Assembly (NCBI GenBank): GCA_963666205.1
Contig: OY762654.1
Coordinates: forward strand, 1,280,001 to 1,344,000
Length of the DNA stretch: 64,000 nt
Source: Synergistales bacterium
Lineage (GTDB): Bacteria > Synergistota > Synergistia > Synergistales > JAFGMB01
Direction of reading: 5' to 3'
Part shown: positions 27,028-36,683 of the stretch, piece by piece
Numbering within the stretch: position 1 is the stretch's first letter
How the letters are laid out: every line of letters starts with the position of its first letter
The notes under the pieces: generated by a model
Database searches by the model: none
What the model was told of the DNA's origin: nothing
What the model saw: the letters and a program-made list of their open reading frames with translations, nothing else
Position numbers and translations under genes: made by a program

Positions 27028-29435
27028 CCACCTGGAATTTCACCTATCAGACGTACGAACCGGAAAAAGAAAAGCTCCGTGAAGCCTTATGCACCCTTGG
27101 TAACGGTTATTTTGCAACAAGAGGTGCCTCCGCAGAGAATGGCGCCAGCTCTGACCATTATCCCGGTACCTACCTGGCCGGAGGATATAACAGGCTCAAA
27201 ACAGAGATCGCCGGGAGAACAATTGAAAATGAAGACCTGGTCAACCTTCCCAACTGGCTTCCCCTCAGTTTTCGCATAAATGACGGAGACTGGTTCGAAC
27301 CGGGATCTGTAGAGATCATCTCCTATGAGCAGAAATTGGACATTCGAAAGGGTATCCTCCACAGAAAAGTTCATTTTCGCGACCATAAGGGAAGGAAAAC
27401 CGCACTCATAAACCGCAGGATAGTGCATATGGGCAACCCCCACATAGCTGCCCAGGAAACGATAGTAAGGGCCGAGAACTGGTCCGGAAAAGTAGAGTTT
27501 CTCGCTGCCCTGGACGGAAGGATCATTAATGCCGGTGTGCCCCGTTACAAATCTCTCTCCAATCATCATCTTGAACCTCTTTACGAAGGTGAAATAAACA
27601 GGGAAACCATACTCCTTAAAGTACAGACAAACCAGTCCGAGCTCAGGATAACGGAAGCAGCAAGAACACGCGTCTTCAGGAACGATCAGCTGATAAATCC
27701 CGAAAGGGGAAAAATTATAGAACCGGGATACATCGGGCAGATCTTTTCCCTTGAAATTGATGAAGATGACGAAATACGACTTGAAAAAATAGTGGGTCTA
27801 TATACTTCAAGGGATAAGGGGATTTCCGAGAGCGGTCTTCAGGCGGAAACAACCGTGGTTGAAGCTGATTCATTCGAAGAACTTCTGGAAAGCCACGTTA
27901 TGGCCTGGGATCATCTCTGGCGCAGATTCGAGATCGACTACTGTCCCGCGGACCCCCATAAGGGTGAATGGACATCCCGTATCCTCCACCTTTACACCTT
28001 TCACCTGCTACAGACGACTTCCAGACACACCATGGATCTCGATGTAGGAGTTCCCAGTCGGGGCTGGCACGGCGAGGCCTACAGGGGGCACATTTTCTGG
28101 GATGAGATATTTATATTCCCTCTCCTCAACTTCAGGATGCCCGAAATAACCCGGTCCCTTCTCATGTACAGATACCGGCGGCTCGATAAAGCACGCAAAG
28201 CTGCGAGAGACAGAGGATACCAGGGGGCAATGTACCCGTGGCAGAGCGGAAGCAGCGGAAGGGAAGAAACCCAGCAGATCCATCTCAATCCTAAATCCGG
28301 GAGATGGAACCCGGACAACTCCCACCTTCAGCGGCATGTTAATGCCGCCCTTGCATACAACATCTGGCAATACTACCAGGTTACTGAAGATCTTGAGTTT
28401 CTCTCCTTTTACGGAGCAGAGATGTTCATGGAAATTGCCCGTTTCTGGGCAAGCAAGACAAGTTTCAACAAGCAGATCGGCCGGTACGAGATACTCGGAG
28501 TAATGGGACCTGACGAATATCATGATGCCTATCCAGGCGCAAATGAACCCGGTCTGAATAATAATACCTACACTAATATAATGACTGTCTGGATACTTAA
28601 CCGTGCGTTGGAAATATGTGAACTCCTCGCCGAAACAGAACGGAAACCCCTATGCGAAAAAACCGGTTTCACAGAGAAAGAGAAGGAACACTGGAAGGAT
28701 ATTACCCGTAAGATGAAGATCGTTTTCCAGAAAGACGGTATCCTGAGCCAGTTTGAGGGTTACGAAGAACTGGAGGAACTTGACTGGGATGGTTATAGGA
28801 AAAAGTACGGGGACATACAGAGGCTGGACCGCATACTGGAAGCTGAGGGAGATACAGCCAACAGATACAAGGCCTCCAAGCAGGCGGACGTCCTTATGCT
28901 CTTCTATCTTTTTTCATCGGAAGAGCTCGTGAGTATCTTCGATCAGCTGGGATACGACTTCCCATCCGAAACCATTCCCCGAAATATTGACTATTACCTG
29001 AAACGCACATCACATGGATCCACCCTCAGCAGGGTGGTCCATTCATGGGTACTGGCAAGATCCAGTCGCAGCGAATCCTGGAAACTCTTTCTGGAAGCCC
29101 TGGAAAGCGATGTAGCGGACATCCAGGGAGGGACAACACCCGAAGGGATACACCTTGGTGCAATGGCGGGAACTATAGATATCCTCCAGAGAGCCTATAC
29201 GGGGATCGAGGCCAGAGGAGGCATGTTACACTTCAATCCATCCATACCTTCCGAACTGGGAGAACTCCACATGCATATCCGTTACAGGAGCTATCCCATG
29301 GAGATAACCATAACCCCTGAAAAACTTACCATCAGAACCCTGCCATGCCCCAGAGGACAGGTAAAGGTAGCCTTTCGTGACAAGGTCACGGACCTGAGGA
29401 TCGGCTGCGGAGAGATCATTGAGTTCCAGCTTTAG
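27024..29435 (+). CDS. Glycoside hydrolase family 65 phosphorylase
   Basis: LGNGYF.TRG, GEAYRGHIFWDE, GPDEYH, KQAD, HGSTLS; ATGA overlap with the upstream gene. Confidence 0.95.
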   Translation: MTTWNFTYQTYEPEKEKLREALCTLGNGYFATRGASAENGASSDHYPGTYLAGGYNRLKTEIAGRTIENEDLVNLPNWLPLSFRINDGDWFEPGSVEIISYEQKLDIRKGILHRKVHFRDHKGRKTALINRRIVHMGNPHIAAQETIVRAENWSGKVEFLAALDGRIINAGVPRYKSLSNHHLEPLYEGEINRETILLKVQTNQSELRITEAARTRVFRNDQLINPERGKIIEPGYIGQIFSLEIDEDDEIRLEKIVGLYTSRDKGISESGLQAETTVVEADSFEELLESHVMAWDHLWRRFEIDYCPADPHKGEWTSRILHLYTFHLLQTTSRHTMDLDVGVPSRGWHGEAYRGHIFWDEIFIFPLLNFRMPEITRSLLMYRYRRLDKARKAARDRGYQGAMYPWQSGSSGREETQQIHLNPKSGRWNPDNSHLQRHVNAALAYNIWQYYQVTEDLEFLSFYGAEMFMEIARFWASKTSFNKQIGRYEILGVMGPDEYHDAYPGANEPGLNNNTYTNIMTVWILNRALEICELLAETERKPLCEKTGFTEKEKEHWKDITRKMKIVFQKDGILSQFEGYEELEELDWDGYRKKYGDIQRLDRILEAEGDTANRYKASKQADVLMLFYLFSSEELVSIFDQLGYDFPSETIPRNIDYYLKRTSHGSTLSRVVHSWVLARSSRSESWKLFLEALESDVADIQGGTTPEGIHLGAMAGTIDILQRAYTGIEARGGMLHFNPSIPSELGELHMHIRYRSYPMEITITPEKLTIRTLPCPRGQVKVAFRDKVTDLRIGCGEIIEFQL

Positions 29436-29521
29436 GGTCAGAGAATCTCTCGTAAAGGATAAGGGGCTTTATTTAACTCAGAATAAAAGATCCCCTCATC
29501 CTGGAATTACAGGATCTCTTC

Positions 29522-29551
29522 AAAAAAAAAGACCTCCCGCCAGGGAGGTCT
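29522..29551. terminator. Intrinsic terminator
   Basis: AAGACCTCCC..GGGAGGTCTT with a 9-A run (U tail on the minus strand). Confidence 0.8.
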
Positions 29552-29602
29552 TCGAACTGCTTACTCAGGTGGGACAGAGATGTCCCTCTGGGAGTCAGTA
29601 TA

Positions 29603-29767
29603 TCAGTCCTGGAGGGAAGCTGTATTTCCAAGGATCTGTAGTCCATGGGAAGTACGAAGCATGATCCGTTCCACGACTCGCCCGTTACGGAGTTCTGCTG
29701 CTTCAAAACGACCCTCGGGGGTCATCCAGAAGGGATCTCCGTCGACGTAAACAAGTTTGTTACTCAT
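29603..29767 (-). CDS. Small hypothetical protein, 54 aa (not in the ORF track)
   Basis: MSNKLVYVDGDPFWMTPEGRFEAAELRNGRVVERIMLRTSHGLQILGNTASLQD; purine-rich SD AAGGTAAGGT; terminator downstream. Confidence 0.55.
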   Translation of the reverse strand: MSNKLVYVDGDPFWMTPEGRFEAAELRNGRVVERIMLRTSHGLQILGNTASLQD

Positions 29768-29864
29768 TCGGTGTTACCTTACCTTTCCTGCATATTCCGA
29801 AAATAACGGCACAAGAGATATGATGTTTCGGTACCATCGTAACTGCATGGCGGGAAGTGCCGCT

Positions 29865-29901
29865 AAAAGAAAAGGCCGCTCTGGCTTTCCAGAGCGGCCT
29901 T
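29865..29901 (-). terminator. Strong intrinsic terminator (13-bp stem)
   Basis: AAGGCCGCTCTGG-AAAG-CCAGAGCGGCCTT-TTCTTTT. Confidence 0.85.
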
Positions 29902-30010
29902 CAGACTTTCTGGTTAGAACATGTGTATTATAACACAAAGAGAAAGAAGAGCCTATTCTGACCCTTTCCGGCTCCAGTGTAAGGGGTTTTTCTGCAGATC
30001 TTTAACCGTA

Positions 30011-31093
30011 TCAGGAGATCATTCCTGTTATGTCTTCCAGTGAAAGTCCTTCAAGTCCAAGCCGGGAAAGATTTCTTCCTTCTTCCCTGTAATTATCACC
30101 ATTGATCGCAGAAAGAAGATTGATAAGGCTGTCAGTAAGGGGGGTATCCACTCCTGCTACCCTGGCAAAACTCACTACAGGTACAAGCAGATTGGGAACA
30201 TCTTCGGTCACATAGCGGTGTTTTACCGTTTTAGGAGCATCCGATCCATGTTTCGCATATACGGGGTTCTTTGAAAGGAGTTCATAAATACTGTCCCCTT
30301 CCAATGGATATGCACTTTTGATCCATTCAACAGCAGGGACCAGATCCAGGCCATAAGCATCTCCGACCTTGACCCTCTCTGCATCCAGAAGTTCTTCCAG
30401 TCTTCCCACCGCAGGGGTTATACCATCGGTGTAAAAACGGAAATCGCCATTGGTACCTTCTATGCGTCCTGCATTGAGAAGGACCGCAGCACAATGAACT
30501 ATCATATTGAGATTTGAAAAGGCTATGTTAAGTACATTCTTTGCCGCTCTAAGGGGAATGGGAAATACATCCTGAATATCCCTGATAAGTTCTTCTGTTC
30601 TGGAAGCAGAAAATGCAGCTATGGACATACCGGTCTTTAAACCCCAGACATGGACCTTCCCCGGGGCATCTGCCCTGCATGCATAGGGGAGGGTATCTGT
30701 TTCACAGAGCAGTACATCCGCTTTAGAACCGCTTTCCTTAAGAAGCTTTGCCGCCTCAAAAGAAGCGAAATTACCAGGAATAAAAACAAACTTCATCCCA
30801 TCTTCAAGATACGGTATGGCTTCTTTCATTATGGGCATCTGTCCGAATGAGGGAACTACCACGTATGCGATCTCCGCACCTTTAAGAACTTCTTCCATAT
30901 TGGATGAGGCTTTCAGTTTTGCAAACCCTTCGATGGCACCATGAAGTTCAATGCCTCCCTTTTCTTTTATTATCTCCAGTTTTTCCGCAAAAGCAGGATG
31001 CTCATAGAGCCTCACGTCATTACCCTTAAGGGAAAGATGGGCACTTAAGGCCTGTCCTCCGTTTCCAGCTCCCAAAACAGCGATTTTTTTCAT
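30011..31093 (-). CDS. Second NAD(P)-dependent opine dehydrogenase family protein
   Basis: GAGNGG, PGNF, ETDTLPYACR, N.NMIVH, FY..G, HRY..EDVP. Confidence 0.92.
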   Translation of the reverse strand: MKKIAVLGAGNGGQALSAHLSLKGNDVRLYEHPAFAEKLEIIKEKGGIELHGAIEGFAKLKASSNMEEVLKGAEIAYVVVPSFGQMPIMKEAIPYLEDGMKFVFIPGNFASFEAAKLLKESGSKADVLLCETDTLPYACRADAPGKVHVWGLKTGMSIAAFSASRTEELIRDIQDVFPIPLRAAKNVLNIAFSNLNMIVHCAAVLLNAGRIEGTNGDFRFYTDGITPAVGRLEELLDAERVKVGDAYGLDLVPAVEWIKSAYPLEGDSIYELLSKNPVYAKHGSDAPKTVKHRYVTEDVPNLLVPVVSFARVAGVDTPLTDSLINLLSAINGDNYREEGRNLSRLGLEGLSLEDITGMIS

Positions 31094-31125
31094 AATTTAT
31101 ACCCCCTTGAAAATTAAATGTCTTG

Positions 31126-31164
31126 ATGTCCTACATTTATACAGATAGAATATACATATCATTT
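31126..31164 (-). promoter_or_regulatory. Promoter TTGACA-N17-TATTCT with downstream FadR-type box ATGTAGGACAT
   Basis: Box at 31126-31136; the same 10-mer occurs at 36495-36504. Confidence 0.65.
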
Positions 31165-31296
31165 ATACTTGTCAACGATGGTATGGATCCCAGATAACCC
31201 AAGATCTACGGATAGATCTGCCTGTTTGTTATAATTAGCTGATTTGCTTATTAACGACAATTTCCAGATATCCTGATCCCTTGTGGTAAAACAATA

Positions 31297-32001
31297 ATGA
31301 GAAGGTGGAAAATATTGTTCAAACCTGCAAATAAATCGACCCTCTACGAGGACGTACTGCACCAGATCCTGGACGCGGTCAAAGGCGGTAAATGGCATCC
31401 AGGCGAAAAGATCCCCGGAGAAATAGCCCTTGCCGAAAAATTCGAGGTAAGCCGGAACTGCATAAGAGAAGCTCTGAAAGCCCTTTCCATACTTAACATC
31501 CTGGAAGCAAAACCTGGACAGGGGACCTTTATAGCTGAAGATGCGCTCCGGCAGATAACCAATCGGGAACTCACCGAACACCTGTCCGAAAATGTTTCCA
31601 TCATCGAATTGATGGAGATAAGGATCCTCCTGGAAACCCAGATCATCCGCTGGGCTATCGAGAGAGGAACAGATGAAGAATTTGATCGACTCAAATCAGT
31701 TATAAATGAAGAACGTCGATTCGGGCGGGAACTGTCAGAGTCAAGCCTCAAACCAAGGGCAGAATTTCACAGGATCCTGGCCGAGATAGCAGGAAACAGC
31801 CTTGCCGTCAAATTTCTGAACTCGATCCGGGGAGAGTTCGATGCCCAGAGAACAAGATACCTTGATATACCCATCGAGACATGGGAAGACATGATGAACG
31901 AACATGAAAAGATCCTGGAGCTGATCGTCAGACGTGATTCTGCCAAAGCAATAGAAGAAATGGAGAACCACCTTAAGCGGATGAAGATCGTCATAAAGTG
32001 A
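31297..32001 (+). CDS. GntR/FadR family regulator
   Basis: PGEKIPGE..LA..F.VSR..IREALKAL, G.GTFI, FCD domain; the real start may be TTG 31315. Confidence 0.93.
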   Translation: MRRWKILFKPANKSTLYEDVLHQILDAVKGGKWHPGEKIPGEIALAEKFEVSRNCIREALKALSILNILEAKPGQGTFIAEDALRQITNRELTEHLSENVSIIELMEIRILLETQIIRWAIERGTDEEFDRLKSVINEERRFGRELSESSLKPRAEFHRILAEIAGNSLAVKFLNSIRGEFDAQRTRYLDIPIETWEDMMNEHEKILELIVRRDSAKAIEEMENHLKRMKIVIK

Positions 32002-32037
32002 CCGATCTGCCCCTTCTCACGAATTCAACCTGCATTT

Positions 32038-32072
32038 AAAACCAGACCGGACCGGAGTCCGGTCTGGTTTTT
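32038..32072. terminator. Bidirectional terminator
   Basis: AAAACCAGACCGGAC-CGGA-GTCCGGTCTGGTTTTT between convergent genes. Confidence 0.88.
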
Positions 32073-32074
32073 TC

Positions 32075-33202
32075 CTACTTTCCTATGGTAACTCTGCTGC
32101 TGACGTATCTATCAAGGACATCATCGAGAATTTCAATACCAAGTCCAGGTCCTTCGGGAGCCTTTACCCTTCCATCAACGATATTGGAACAGTAGTTGGT
32201 GATATCTGCGTCAAGGCGAAGGGGAGAAAAGTATGCATGGCCATATTCATAAAGATTTGATACTGTAAGGGCAATATTAAGGGATGCTGCCTGGGTGATA
32301 CCTTCCTCTATCATGGAATTGAAGAGGATATCGATTCCCCTGCTCCTTGCAAGTTCTATTATCTGAAGGGAATTCCTGACCCCGCCGTTCTTGCATACCT
32401 TTATGCTGAAGACATCCGCAGCTCCAAGCCTTATTACTTCCTGGGCATGCCTGTAGGAAAGAATGCTTTCGTCAACAGACACGGGAACTCCGCATTTCTG
32501 ACGGATAGCCGCTATACCTTCGATATTTTCGGCATCGATGGGCTGTTCAAAAAGAACAGGATCAGCTTCCTTTGCAATTCCGATAAACTTCATGGCACCA
32601 GCCATATCGTAGCCCTGATTGGCATCCACAATTATCGGATAATCCTTACCAAGAGCATCCCTGACAGCCAGCACTCTGTTACCGTCATGGACCGGGTCAC
32701 CACCCACCTTGACCATGATGGAATGGTACTTGCTTTCCCGCACTTTCTCCGCTGCAGCAACGGTTTCTTCAATAGTACCTCCGCCTATGGAACCCATAAT
32801 GGGGATATCTTCATAAAGAGCACCGCCAAGGACACGATAAAGAGGCATACCAGCAGCCTTGCCAAGCAGATCATGGCATGCCATATCGATAGCACCCTTT
32901 GCCATGTGGTTATCCCGAACCATGGACTCCATTATTTCATTTATCATAAGCACATTGGTTGGATCCTCGCCTATAATGGCTGGCACAAGATCTTCCTTAA
33001 GGACAGCAGCTACGGTTTCAGGAGTCTCACCGGTAAATTTGCCCATGGGATCTGTTTCACCATATCCGCAAAGACCTTCATCGGTATTGATCTTAACGAT
33101 TACCGGTTTTGTATCCCTGAGAAAACCATAACGTCTGGACAGCTTGTAAGGATGTGGCAGAGGAATACATGTTTCGATTATTTCTATGGATGTTATTCGC
33201 AT
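32075..33202 (-). CDS. Enolase superfamily, MLE subgroup racemase/epimerase
   Basis: DAN, EQP, DES metal ligands; MVK (instead of KxK) and SIK lysines; GPGLG. Confidence 0.9.
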   Translation of the reverse strand: MRITSIEIIETCIPLPHPYKLSRRYGFLRDTKPVIVKINTDEGLCGYGETDPMGKFTGETPETVAAVLKEDLVPAIIGEDPTNVLMINEIMESMVRDNHMAKGAIDMACHDLLGKAAGMPLYRVLGGALYEDIPIMGSIGGGTIEETVAAAEKVRESKYHSIMVKVGGDPVHDGNRVLAVRDALGKDYPIIVDANQGYDMAGAMKFIGIAKEADPVLFEQPIDAENIEGIAAIRQKCGVPVSVDESILSYRHAQEVIRLGAADVFSIKVCKNGGVRNSLQIIELARSRGIDILFNSMIEEGITQAASLNIALTVSNLYEYGHAYFSPLRLDADITNYCSNIVDGRVKAPEGPGLGIEILDDVLDRYVSSRVTIGK

Positions 33203-33244
33203 ATCAGTTATTCCATCACCTTTCTTATCTGTTTAAAATCCCTG

Positions 33245-34552
33245 TTAGTGTATAAAACCGGCAATTCCGGGAAGGAACATGGAAAGGGGTTCCCAGAATG
33301 TTGTAAGAAGAATTGCCGGAAGGGAACCAAAGAGGATCAGAAGCATGGCAGGTTTCATCATCTTGTCTATGGTGACATTTCCTGTTCTTGCTCCGATATA
33401 GAGGATACCCGCCATGGGAGGAGTCATCATACCCATACCCAGATTGGTGCCCAGAATGGCTGCAAAATGTATGGGATGGATCCCTAACTGCAGGACCACC
33501 GGATACAGCAGAGGTGTAACCATAAGTATTCCGCTGAGCTCATCCATTATCATTCCTATGAATATCAGGAAAAGATTTATGAGGAGGAGCAGTAATACTT
33601 TATTTGACGTAACCCCCAGGAGAACCTCGGCTATCTGCTGAGGAACCCTTTCCATGGTATAGATACGACTGAGAATGGCAGCAAAAAAGGTCATAAGCAT
33701 CATGGTACCCGTTGTGACTGCTGAAGACCTGAGAAGAAACAGCATCTTGCCTATTTTCATTTCCCTGTAGATGACTACGCTCATTACGATGGAATAGAAC
33801 ACGGCGGCAGCAGCAGCCTCAGTGGGAGTCATTATTCCGCCGTAAATTCCGCCAAGGATCATGACCGGCAGAAGAATTGCCCCAAAAGCTGATCTGGTTT
33901 TAGTTCCCACAAGTTTCATCTGTTCATCAAAGGGTTTTTTGGGGAGGACCTCAACAGAGGGCATCTTTCTGACCATGAATACATTGATGATACAGAATAG
34001 CGTGGCAAGGAGCAGACCCGGTCCAATAGTGGCCAGGAAACAGGCTGCTACGGACTGGCCAGTGACAAAGGCATACATTATCATGGCCAGACTTGGAGGT
34101 ATCATAGTGCTGAGAACAGCAGCCGAGCTTATAAGAGCTGCCGAGTATCCCCTGGGATATCCATGCTCCTCCATCTGGGGGATCATTATAGTTCCAATAG
34201 CGATTACTGAAGAAGCCGCAGCCCCGGATATGGCACCAAAAACGCAGGAGACGACAACTGCTACGACTCCCAGTCCGCCTGTCATTCTGCCCACCATAAC
34301 ATTGACGAGATCTATCAGCCTCCGGGCGATACTTCCTCCAGTTACGATGTAACCCGTTGCGATAAAAAAGGGAAGGCTAAGCAGGGTAACAGAGTTCATC
34401 TTTGCAAAACCCACCGGCAGAAGGAAGGAGGGATCTATCCCTTTAGTTATTGTAAGGAAAATAGTGGATACCAGGAAACCGAAGGGAATAGGAACTCCAC
34501 TGAAAATAAGGACTGTAAATATGACAAGGGAGGCAAGGATTATTAAATCCAT
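33245..34552 (-). CDS. dctM: TRAP transporter large permease
   Basis: LPFFI, FGAISG, IPPS, TPTEAA, TPP. Confidence 0.93.
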   Translation of the reverse strand: MDLIILASLVIFTVLIFSGVPIPFGFLVSTIFLTITKGIDPSFLLPVGFAKMNSVTLLSLPFFIATGYIVTGGSIARRLIDLVNVMVGRMTGGLGVVAVVVSCVFGAISGAAASSVIAIGTIMIPQMEEHGYPRGYSAALISSAAVLSTMIPPSLAMIMYAFVTGQSVAACFLATIGPGLLLATLFCIINVFMVRKMPSVEVLPKKPFDEQMKLVGTKTRSAFGAILLPVMILGGIYGGIMTPTEAAAAAVFYSIVMSVVIYREMKIGKMLFLLRSSAVTTGTMMLMTFFAAILSRIYTMERVPQQIAEVLLGVTSNKVLLLLLINLFLIFIGMIMDELSGILMVTPLLYPVVLQLGIHPIHFAAILGTNLGMGMMTPPMAGILYIGARTGNVTIDKMMKPAMLLILFGSLPAILLTTFWEPLSMFLPGIAGFIH

Positions 34553-35103
34553 GATTCAGCTTCCTTTCTTGCGGACAGCATTTCTTCGGGAATCGGTGAT
34601 TTCTTGAGAACAAGTCGCAGCCACTGGATAAATTCAACCAGGAAATAGAGACACATAAGGCAGAGACCTATCAGAATGCTTACCTGGAAAAAAACGACGG
34701 GATATGTATTTCCAAGCAGGGTCGATCTGGACTGTTCGCCACGGACAACTCCCCAGACCAGGTAATCATATGCCCATGGGAGAATATAGGCAGAAGCCGC
34801 AAAGGATATGAAACTGGTAGCAGCCCTGCACCTTGCATAGTTCAGGGAATTTCCAAAAACCAGGTGTGTCAGTTCGGCCTTTATATGGCTTCGTTCGTAT
34901 GCGCCATAGGAAGCTCCGATAAAATACATCCAGAAAGCAACATATGCGGCCAGTTCCTCAATCCCTACGAAGGACGTTTTGAAAAAATACCTCAGAATAA
35001 CCTCGGTAAAAACAGCTGTAGTGGATATGCAGACTGCCAGGATCATGATAATCCGCTGTATTTTCAGAAGAGCTACCCAGACAAAGTCAACAAATTTTTT
35101 CAA
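34543..35103 (-). CDS. dctQ: TRAP transporter small permease
   Basis: V..RY, EELA, HI motifs; 4 TM; likely TTG start at 35103. Confidence 0.88.
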   Translation of the reverse strand: MKKFVDFVWVALLKIQRIIMILAVCISTTAVFTEVILRYFFKTSFVGIEELAAYVAFWMYFIGASYGAYERSHIKAELTHLVFGNSLNYARCRAATSFISFAASAYILPWAYDYLVWGVVRGEQSRSTLLGNTYPVVFFQVSILIGLCLMCLYFLVEFIQWLRLVLKKSPIPEEMLSARKEAESWI

Positions 35104-35283
35104 TGTAACACCTCTTTCACCCGTACCGGTCAACAGTATGTTCTCTGGTCTCTCTGACCCGAATCCAGTCATCAAGTCTAATTATCAGAACATAAAAAAA
35201 TGGGGGTTAATGACGGGAATTGGACCTGAACAAGGGTGCCGACCCATAAAAGGAGGGCACCCCGGTTTATAGAAACATTATCT

Positions 35284-36306
35284 CTAGAGAAGCCCTGCGT
35301 GCTTTCTCATGACATCCATGATATCCTTACCGATCACCTTATCCATGGCAGGCCATACATTCTGCCGGACCTTTTTGGCGATCACAGCAAGCTGCTCGTC
35401 TGTAGGCATAATAACCTTGATGCCTGCCCCTGCAAGGGATTCACGGTATTTCTCATCTTCTGCCATGGCCGAGGTAAAGCTCTCGTCACCATATTTTGAA
35501 CATACTTCCTGAACGATCTTCTGCTGCTCGGGAGTGAGTTTCTCCCAGGCTTTCTTGTTCATATATGCAAAGGAATTCTGGAAATGGGTATTATACTGAA
35601 CCCATACCTTTGTAACATCCCTGAATGAGGACCACGTATTGAAGGGCTGTCCTCCGATCTGGCAGTCAACAAGCTTGGTCTGCTGGGCAATATACAGTTC
35701 ACCCCATGGCACAGGAGTGGGATTGAAACCAAGGGCAAGAACGAGGTTTTCCCAGGCCTGGTTGCCGGGGGGGAAACGCATTTTATAGCCCTGTTTGTCT
35801 GCATCGGGATCAAGGACATCGAACTCGGGAACAGAAGCGAATCCGCCTCCTCCAAAACCGGCCGCGACCACTGAAAGAGCCTTAAGGCCGATCCCGTCCA
35901 TAGCATCTGCCATAATATTGAAGAGGTAAGGGTCATCGCCAAGATAGGCTTCCTTTGCCTCTTTCCAGTTCATAACGGAGTAAGGAAGCACCCTGACCTG
36001 AAGTCTTGCGTCATATGAGGGAGAGACAGGGAGAATACCGATATCAACAGCCCCACGCATGATCTGTTCGGAAACTTCCATCCAGTCTCCCAGCTGATTT
36101 GCGGGATAAACGGTTATCTGGATAGTCCCATTGGTCTTTGTTTCGATCTCTTCTTTCATAGCAGAAGTCATCTTGTCAACCAGAGAATCGACAGGCTGAT
36201 AATGTGCCCATTTCCATTTAACGACCTTTTCACCTGCTATTGCACCTGCACATCCGAGAGACAGGATCAGACCTGCAACTACAAGCAGCAATACCATTTT
36301 CTTCAT
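35284..36306 (-). CDS. dctP: TRAP solute-binding protein
   Basis: Signal peptide; YPANQLG, P.P.PWGELY, W.KL.PEQQ. Confidence 0.92.
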   Translation of the reverse strand: MKKMVLLLVVAGLILSLGCAGAIAGEKVVKWKWAHYQPVDSLVDKMTSAMKEEIETKTNGTIQITVYPANQLGDWMEVSEQIMRGAVDIGILPVSPSYDARLQVRVLPYSVMNWKEAKEAYLGDDPYLFNIMADAMDGIGLKALSVVAAGFGGGGFASVPEFDVLDPDADKQGYKMRFPPGNQAWENLVLALGFNPTPVPWGELYIAQQTKLVDCQIGGQPFNTWSSFRDVTKVWVQYNTHFQNSFAYMNKKAWEKLTPEQQKIVQEVCSKYGDESFTSAMAEDEKYRESLAGAGIKVIMPTDEQLAVIAKKVRQNVWPAMDKVIGKDIMDVMRKHAGLL

Positions 36307-36494
36307 CGAATATACCTCCTTCAGAAATATTATTGAACAACAAATCCCTGTATCTTGCCGACTCTACCCCTATCTTCCCTCCCCTGCTGCCAGATGACAT
36401 AAACAACTCATTATTCTCTGTATAATGGATCAACACCATGGCTAAGCTGAATTCTGCTGATCCGTACACATGTATATATGTATTACTGTATAGC

Positions 36495-36547
36495 TGTAGG
36501 ACATATAAACTAATACATAAAATATTATATTTAGAAAACTATGTCAA
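36495..36547 (-). promoter_or_regulatory. dctP promoter region with FadR-type box TGTAGGACAT
   Basis: TTGACA at 36547-36542; box at 36495-36504. Confidence 0.55.
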
Positions 36548-36607
36548 GGGGACGGCATGATGGAATTTCGCTTTGTACAAGTTTATCCTCTCTATAATTT
36601 ATCGCAG

Positions 36608-36638
36608 AAAAAGGGATGGCCAACGTCCATCCCTTTTT
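36608..36638. terminator. Intrinsic terminator
   Basis: AAAAAGGGATGG...CCATCCCTTTTT. Confidence 0.8.
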
Positions 36639-36683
36639 CTGCATCATAAATTCCCCGCTTTATTCTTTTCTATTATGCTGATA

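Noticed and set aside
29473-29706. 77-aa ORF from the track
   Set aside because: Runs through the terminator and has no SD; the 54-aa ORF at 29603-29767 in another frame is better supported.
32447-33487. 346-aa plus-strand ORF
   Set aside because: Antisense to the enolase and dctM genes, with atypical composition; shadow ORF.
36306-36495. Long dctP leader as a riboswitch
   Set aside because: No known aptamer consensus or terminator; only short pairings.
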